Positions 26,596 through 32,000 of a DNA stretch of 32,000 bases are shown piece by piece. The notes under the pieces are model-generated. The model was not told where the DNA came from and did not search any database. It saw only the letters and a program-made list of their open reading frames with translations. The position numbers and the translations under genes were made by a program. Position 1 is the first letter of the stretch. The number at the start of each line of letters is the position of its first letter. The stretch spans positions 2,826,883-2,858,882 of the forward strand of contig NC_007484.1 in assembly GCF_000012805.1 (NCBI RefSeq), written 5' to 3'. Source of the DNA: Nitrosococcus oceani ATCC 19707. GTDB lineage: Bacteria > Pseudomonadota > Gammaproteobacteria > Nitrosococcales > Nitrosococcaceae.

Positions 26596-26660
26596 GGTTA
26601 GAAGACGCAAAGGCACACTTGGACTAACTTAACGCTTTTGTGTCCCTGCGTCTTCTTACC
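26596..26660. other. 65-nt imperfect long hairpin in the MCO upstream region (structured RNA, or a terminator lacking a U-tract)
   Basis: GGTTAGAAGACGCA (26596-26609) pairs with TGCGTCTTCTTACC (26647-26660) at 13 of 14 positions. An inner extension pairs CACA with TGTG. No T-run follows on either strand. Confidence 0.3.
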
Positions 26661-26824
26661 AATAGATTAGATGTGGGATGCTTAATTTCTTAACCTGTTA
26701 AGGAGACTCTACCCCTAGAATTTTTTAACCCCACTCTAACAATACGCACTTCAATGGGAACATAGTCAGATTCGTCAGAAAACGGCTATTTCCTATCCCC
26801 TCTCATGCATGCTAGCTTTCTAGC

Positions 26825-26938
26825 CTAATCCTTCATAAGCCAGCGGACAAAGTAGTAAATGCCGGCGATTATTCCTATAGTCACGACAAATCCAATGGGG
26901 GTGAACATTTTATCGACTAATTCAAGGATTGCTCCCAT
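26825..26938 (-). CDS. Unlisted 37-aa single-TM small protein
   Basis: Below the ORF-track size cutoff. My translation is MGAILELVDKMFTPIGFVVTIGIIAGIYYFVRWLMKD*. A strong SD AAGGAG lies 8 nt upstream of the ATG, there is one clear hydrophobic helix, and a sigma70-like promoter sits about 70 nt upstream. Confidence 0.45.
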   Translation of the reverse strand: MGAILELVDKMFTPIGFVVTIGIIAGIYYFVRWLMKD

Positions 26939-27007
26939 TCTATAATCTCCTTACATTTTAATGATTTTATATTGCGCAATTTAGCCAGATAGCGACTAAA
27001 GTGGCGT

Positions 27008-27036
27008 AGTATAGTAACGATCATACTTCCTGACAA
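27008..27036 (-). promoter_or_regulatory. Sigma70-like promoter TTGTCA-N17-TATACT directed at the smORF (and possibly beyond)
   Basis: In minus-strand sense the -35 TTGTCA is at 27036-27031, the spacer is 17 nt and the -10 TATACT is at 27013-27008. Each hexamer matches consensus at 5 of 6 positions. The promoter lies just after the spoVR stop. Confidence 0.4.
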
Positions 27037-27052
27037 GTCCATCCATTTATGG

Positions 27053-28489
27053 TCAGCGAAACCGGCCTAGCGTTTTTTGCACAAAACCGTCCTCCCCATA
27101 ACCCATGCAAACTTTCCTGTCATTCATCCGGGTTTCTAACCATACATCCCGACCCCATAGCTGATAAAGGTGGGAGAGGGTTTTCTCGGCATATTCCGCC
27201 TGTAGATCCCGTCCGTCATGGTCATGTTTAAGGTAGAGTTGCCGGTTACGCCCGTAATCGGCATCTTCGATCCGGATGACGGGGATACTCCCCATACCTA
27301 CATTTTTTAGCAAAGTTGTTTTGATCTCACGCCAATGTTCTTCATCAGAGACCTTACTAATGACCAAAGCCTCTCCTTTAGGTTGATACTCAAACATATC
27401 CATCTCGCGCATCAACTCTTCGGTTAGAAAGCGGCGCAAAAATGAAGCATCCCGATCAACTTCGCGAACCTGGAAAATTCCTTCGCGGCCTCCCTTCCGT
27501 GGCTTACCGACATGCTCCTCTTCTGCAGAGACTTGACAATGGCGGAAGATATCATGCCAAAGTTTAAAACCTAAATAGTATGGATTAATATCGCCCGGAT
27601 GGGGGCGTACCACCTGGTTGTGATGAACGAGGAATTCAAGATAAAGATCTTGGGGTAAATCTATACTATTCATGAGCTTATGATGCCAATAGCTAGCCCA
27701 ACCCTCGTTCATAATCTTGGTTTCAATCTGAGGGATAAAATAGCGTGCTTGTTCATGCACAATAGTAAGCAAGTCCCGCTCCCAATCGGCAAGATAAAGG
27801 TTATTATCCCGCATAAACAGCAGAATATCCTCTTCAGGAAACAAAGGAAAACGATTCAAATCGGGCTCTACATACTCAGGCTGCTTATGCAATCTTTGAT
27901 AGGGATCATGCGTAGGATGAGCGGCAGCCACAACCTGCTCTTTCTGCTCGCTGGCACTCAATTTACGTATCGCTTGATTCCTGCTGCACTGCAAAGATAA
28001 AGCGTGGGCCGCATCAAGCACCCTTTCTGTTTTATGAAGTCCGATAGAGGGATCTTCAATATAGCCCCGTACTCGATCAGCGCGAAGTTTAAAGTTAGAA
28101 AGAGTCAATTCAGGTTGAGTATCGCGAAAGGTAAAATTATTTTTGAAAAAATCATTGTGACCATAGACATGAGCAATAGTCAGAATTTGCAAACACAAAG
28201 AATTCTCCTGCACTAAATAGGCTAAAGCAGGATTTGAATTGATCACCATTTCATAGGGCAGCCCGCTCATCCCATGCTCGTAAAGAGTCTGAAGCTTCTC
28301 GTAGGCTTTGCCATAAGACCAGTGAGGATAATGGGCCGGCATACCCGAGTAGGCCATATAGCCTAGCATTTGGGTATGGTCGCAAATCTCAAACTCCTGG
28401 GGAAAACAAGAAAGGCCAAATTCCTCGGCTTTTTCACGAATCTTGTCATCCCAATATTTTAGATCCTCAATCGTCCAATGACTGGCCAT
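27053..28489 (-). CDS. SpoVR/YcgB-family protein
   Basis: 478 aa with full-length SpoVR-family character (MLGYMAYSGMPAHYPHWSYGK, IAHVYGHNDFFKNN, NEGWASYWH). It is the third gene of the prkA-yeaH-spoVR triad. Confidence 0.9.
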   Translation of the reverse strand: MASHWTIEDLKYWDDKIREKAEEFGLSCFPQEFEICDHTQMLGYMAYSGMPAHYPHWSYGKAYEKLQTLYEHGMSGLPYEMVINSNPALAYLVQENSLCLQILTIAHVYGHNDFFKNNFTFRDTQPELTLSNFKLRADRVRGYIEDPSIGLHKTERVLDAAHALSLQCSRNQAIRKLSASEQKEQVVAAAHPTHDPYQRLHKQPEYVEPDLNRFPLFPEEDILLFMRDNNLYLADWERDLLTIVHEQARYFIPQIETKIMNEGWASYWHHKLMNSIDLPQDLYLEFLVHHNQVVRPHPGDINPYYLGFKLWHDIFRHCQVSAEEEHVGKPRKGGREGIFQVREVDRDASFLRRFLTEELMREMDMFEYQPKGEALVISKVSDEEHWREIKTTLLKNVGMGSIPVIRIEDADYGRNRQLYLKHDHDGRDLQAEYAEKTLSHLYQLWGRDVWLETRMNDRKVCMGYGEDGFVQKTLGRFR

Positions 28490-28523
28490 AACTTTTATCC
28501 CAGCCTTTCACTTTAACCAAATT

Positions 28524-29708
28524 TTACTCATCATATTTGCTGCTCTCCGACTCTCGGGACAACAGCTGCCTAAAACTAGGCCAGATATCTTCCTTACGTT
28601 GGATTAACACCGACTGGAAATTGTCCATCCGCACACTACGGAACAAATCTAGCATGGTCCCTTCATAGAAGCCCGAGGGACGTGGTTTAATTTCACCATA
28701 ACCAAATAAGTTACAGACTTGACATAGCACTTCGGCAGCTTTTAAGGTAGCGGCGTTATCACTATCAAAATTGTCGCCATCCGAGCAATGAAAAGCGTAA
28801 ATATTCCACAGCGAGGGATGATAACGATTCTGAATAATTTCTAAAGCCTTGCTATAGCCTGAAGAAATAAAGGTACCCCCCGCTTCACCTTTATGAAAAA
28901 ACTCTTCCTCCGTCACTTCTCTGGCTTTAGTATGATGGGCAATAAAAACCACATCCACATTAACGTAACGGGAACGGACAAACTGGTAGAGCAAAAAGAA
29001 AAAACTCCGCGCTAGATATTTCTTTAATGTATCCATAGAGCCAGAAGTATCCATAATACAAAATACTACCGCATTCGACTGAGGACGCATATCCTCCCGC
29101 AGCCGATGATAGCGCATATCATCCCGATGGAAGGGGAAACGGTGCTTTGTCTCATTATCTTCAGCATCTTTATCGCTTGCTAAACGCCGTCGAATACGAG
29201 ATTTAGCCGTGCGCCGCTTATCCATATGGACTCGCACGCCAACCCGGCGGAAGCCTTTTCGTTTACTGGTACGCTCCGATAACACTTCACGGAAACGTTT
29301 ACGTTCCATATCTGGCAACTCCAGGTCTTCAAGCATGATCTCGATCAGTTCTTCCAGAGTGATTTCAGTCTCATAATAATCCATGCCAGGACGATCACCC
29401 GCATGACCCGGACCGCCATCTCCTTGGGGCACCTGGCCAACAGTTTGGCCTGGCTCCGAATCCCCTTGGCCTGTGCCTACCCCTGGCGTATTCTGTCCAT
29501 AAACAAAGCGATATTCCCGGATACCTCGAATGGGAACTTTAATAATACGATCACGGCTTTGGCCAATAATTGATTCCTCAGCAACAATGTCAGCCACATT
29601 ATCACGGATCGCTTTGCGGACCTTTTGCCGATGCCGCAACCGATCCTTTGCACTGCGATCAGAGCGTAAGGCATCCGATTGAGAATAAGCACGAAATACT
29701 GTGGTCAT
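28524..29708 (-). CDS. YeaH/DUF444 (UPF0229) protein with vWA-like C-terminal half
   Basis: 394 aa with the N-terminus SDRSAKDRLRHRQKVRKAIRDNVADIV typical of YeaH, and CIMDTSGSM (a MIDAS-like DxSxS). Confidence 0.9.
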   Translation of the reverse strand: MTTVFRAYSQSDALRSDRSAKDRLRHRQKVRKAIRDNVADIVAEESIIGQSRDRIIKVPIRGIREYRFVYGQNTPGVGTGQGDSEPGQTVGQVPQGDGGPGHAGDRPGMDYYETEITLEELIEIMLEDLELPDMERKRFREVLSERTSKRKGFRRVGVRVHMDKRRTAKSRIRRRLASDKDAEDNETKHRFPFHRDDMRYHRLREDMRPQSNAVVFCIMDTSGSMDTLKKYLARSFFFLLYQFVRSRYVNVDVVFIAHHTKAREVTEEEFFHKGEAGGTFISSGYSKALEIIQNRYHPSLWNIYAFHCSDGDNFDSDNAATLKAAEVLCQVCNLFGYGEIKPRPSGFYEGTMLDLFRSVRMDNFQSVLIQRKEDIWPSFRQLLSRESESSKYDE

Positions 29709-29778
29709 AGCCTTTTCATCTTTTTTCAGACACTTCTATTCCAAACCCGGTACAGGCAAGGTGCCTTCCCTTTTATCC

Positions 29779-31710
29779 CTAATCCTTCCAAAGATTATTT
29801 GCGGCATATTTCAACACCACCTCTGCTGAGTGCTCGTTATAGCCCCGCTCCAGGAGATTCTTAACCAAATCATCGTACTTCTTGGCCTGCTCCTCATCTC
29901 GGGTACGAGATTTGGTAATAATACGGCTTAAATCCCGTACCGAACTGGTCAATTTCTTCTCTATCGCTTCCTTTAAAGGCTCATAGGATTGATAGCTTAC
30001 CTTCTCGCCACGGCGGGTAGCCGCCCAAAGAAAGGCAATCACTTCTTGCCGGAAACCATCAGCAGCGCTACCGACGATAGCGATTTGCTCTTCAACTGAC
30101 TTCAGAAAATTTTCATCGGGCTGTAATTCCTCCCGCGTATCCCAATCTTTAACCCGAGTCTTGTTCACATAGGCCTCAGCATGATCCAGATAATTTTGAA
30201 ATAAGGTTTCTGCCTGTTCCTCATAGGAATAGACAAAAGCTTTGGTAATTTCTTTTTCTAGGATTTCAAGATAGACCTTGTGCAAGGTATCTTGGAGCAA
30301 CTCCAGATAGTGCTTCCGGGTATCGTCCGCCAGCTCCGATTGTTTGACCATCACAATCAAGGCTTCGCGGACATTGATAGGATTGATCCCCTCTTCGCTA
30401 TCCGCCAAGGCATTGTCTAGGGCCTTCATAATAAAGCGGGTCGAAATGCCAAACATCCCTTCCCGTGAAGCTGCCTCCTGGAGCTCTTTAGCATTGATCT
30501 TGAGCGTTGACCCCTTCTCTACCACCTCCTCGCCATTATAAAGCCGCAGTTTGGTTATTAAGTCACATTTAGGGGTAGGCTCTAGGCGGGACAAAATCGC
30601 AAACATAGAAGCCACTTCAAGAGTGTGGGGCGCAATATGCGCCCGAAAATCAGAATGATGTAAAAGTTTCCCGTAGATCTTGATTTCTTCTGATAGGCGT
30701 AAATTATAGGGCACTTTAACCACGACGATCCGATCGAGAATAGCCTCGTTAGTATGGTCGGCTTTGAATTTCTGCCATTCGGCCTCATTAGAATGAGCAA
30801 CGATACAGGTATCCACATATACAGTACCGTGGCGGCCGGGAGCAGGGACAAATTTCTCCTGGGTCGCGGTAATCATGGAATGGAGATATTCCGTCTCGTT
30901 CTTAAAGACCTCAATAAATTCCACCACGCCCCGGTTGCCCACGTTGAAAGCGCCATTTAGATCCAATACCCGAGGATCGCCTTCGGAATACAGATCCAAT
31001 TTGGAGATATCCTCTGATCCAATTAACACTGAGGTATCCTGGTTATTGGGGTCCACCGGCGGTACAACGCCAATACCCCGGCGATCCCGCTTGGAAAAAT
31101 CTACCGTGATAACAGGCACGTCTTCATAACGGCCATCAAACTCTTCTTTGAGACGAAAACGGCATACCGGGCATAAATCACCCTCAATATGCACATCCAG
31201 CATCTTTTCAAATTCCTTACGTAAATGGCGCGGTAGGAGATGCAAGGGTTCCTCCCGCATGGGACAGCCTTCAATGGCATAAATAGGCTCCACATTCTCC
31301 AAACCCCGATGCAAGCGTTCGATAAGAGAACTCTTACCGGCCCCCACGGGACCCATCAGGTAGAGAACTTGCCGACTCTCCTCTCCATGCAGGGATGCGG
31401 AATGAAAATAACGCACCAATTGAGCTAGAGTCCGTTCAATACCAAAGAATTCATCCTTGAAAAAAGAATATACTTTAATCGGCTCATCTCCGTAGAGGCG
31501 CTTGACATGAGGGTCATCCGCGGCATTGATATCTTCGGCCCCCTTCCGCATGATCATGTCGTAAACTCGGGAATGGGCTAACCTAGCAAGTAGGGGCTCC
31601 TTTTTGACTTTTTCTAAGTAATCAACAAACGTTCCCCGCCATTCTTGGCGCTCTCGCCTCGCCCGGTCCTTTTGAATAATTTCAGTAAATCCATTTTTTG
31701 TATCGGCCAC
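29779..31710 (-). CDS. prkA: PrkA/YeaG-family serine protein kinase (AAA-like N-domain)
   Basis: Has Walker A MGPVGAGKSSL and PrkA-family character throughout. The ORF track starts at TTG 31737. GTG 31710 is preceded by GGAGG (31721-31717) at 6 nt and gives 643 aa, close to the 644 aa I recall for E. coli YeaG, so I prefer it. Confidence 0.92.
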   Translation of the reverse strand: MADTKNGFTEIIQKDRARRERQEWRGTFVDYLEKVKKEPLLARLAHSRVYDMIMRKGAEDINAADDPHVKRLYGDEPIKVYSFFKDEFFGIERTLAQLVRYFHSASLHGEESRQVLYLMGPVGAGKSSLIERLHRGLENVEPIYAIEGCPMREEPLHLLPRHLRKEFEKMLDVHIEGDLCPVCRFRLKEEFDGRYEDVPVITVDFSKRDRRGIGVVPPVDPNNQDTSVLIGSEDISKLDLYSEGDPRVLDLNGAFNVGNRGVVEFIEVFKNETEYLHSMITATQEKFVPAPGRHGTVYVDTCIVAHSNEAEWQKFKADHTNEAILDRIVVVKVPYNLRLSEEIKIYGKLLHHSDFRAHIAPHTLEVASMFAILSRLEPTPKCDLITKLRLYNGEEVVEKGSTLKINAKELQEAASREGMFGISTRFIMKALDNALADSEEGINPINVREALIVMVKQSELADDTRKHYLELLQDTLHKVYLEILEKEITKAFVYSYEEQAETLFQNYLDHAEAYVNKTRVKDWDTREELQPDENFLKSVEEQIAIVGSAADGFRQEVIAFLWAATRRGEKVSYQSYEPLKEAIEKKLTSSVRDLSRIITKSRTRDEEQAKKYDDLVKNLLERGYNEHSAEVVLKYAANNLWKD

Positions 31711-32000
31711 ACTCCACCTCCTCACCGAAAATGCCAATTAGGACGCTACAACACCCGCTACAGTAAAGACACAACAGACCCCTTTGGAGTTCCAAGCCTC
31801 TGCTTGCAAAAAATACTAAAAGAACCTGATAAATTAAGAAATCTCTTTTGCGTTTATAAGACACAGCCATTGCCCTAAATTGTTTTTCAAAATGTTGGCA
31901 ACCGTACTGAACATGCCCGCATAAACACAAGAGGCCGTACTCTCAGTATAGCCCCTAAAAAAAAATCTAAAGAGGAAAAGGAAAACAACCGTGCGTTGCC

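Noticed and set aside
31711-32000. Sigma54 (TGGCAC-N5-TTGC) promoter upstream of prkA, expected by analogy with NtrC-dependent yeaG.
   Set aside because: The nearest candidate in minus-strand sense (GGCATG...TTGCC) has its GG and GC elements about 6 nt too far apart. TGGCAT near 31735 has no TTGC partner. The real promoter may lie beyond the window.
1-32000. Scan for CRISPR arrays, IS or transposase genes, integrases, tRNA or rRNA genes, and phage or defence-system genes.
   Set aside because: I saw no repeat-spacer periodicity, no terminal inverted repeats flanking an ORF, no transposase- or integrase-like ORF and no cloverleaf-like candidates by eye. All large ORFs are accounted for by housekeeping or amo-associated functions. 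A tRNAscan/Infernal run would be needed to exclude small RNAs formally.

Overview
This window reads as core chromosome of a gammaproteobacterial ammonia oxidizer. My inference from the gene content and roughly 50% G+C is a Nitrosococcus oceani-like organism; no database search was possible. Order of features, left to right: (1) a Wzx/MOP-type polysaccharide flippase truncated by the window edge, and cysC, both on the minus strand; (2) manC and rfaH on the plus strand, with an ops-like 12-mer just upstream of manC; (3) a complete minus-strand suf operon, rrf2-sufB-sufC-sufD-sufS-sufU-sufT, with a perfect palindromic operator candidate; (4) rpe-gph-trpE-trpG-trpD-trpC on the plus strand; (5) a 4-TM protein and a low-G+C lipocalin-like lipoprotein on the minus strand; (6) the ammonia monooxygenase cluster amoC-amoA-amoB-amoD on the minus strand, punctuated by hairpins, with a weak amoR-like ORF upstream; (7) serB on the plus strand; (8) a minus-strand two-gene copper module made of a two-domain multicopper oxidase and a His-rich cupredoxin, each with a C-terminal membrane anchor; (9) a roughly 700-nt intergenic region holding an unlisted 37-aa membrane smORF with its own sigma70-like promoter and a 65-nt hairpin; (10) the prkA-yeaH-spoVR triad on the minus strand. 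I recognised no rRNA, tRNA, CRISPR array or mobile element. The best candidate for something under-described is the tail-anchored MCO/cupredoxin pair beside amo, which could act in copper supply or N-oxide redox chemistry. The adjacent smORF and structured leader, and the copper-protein features of AmoD, come next.
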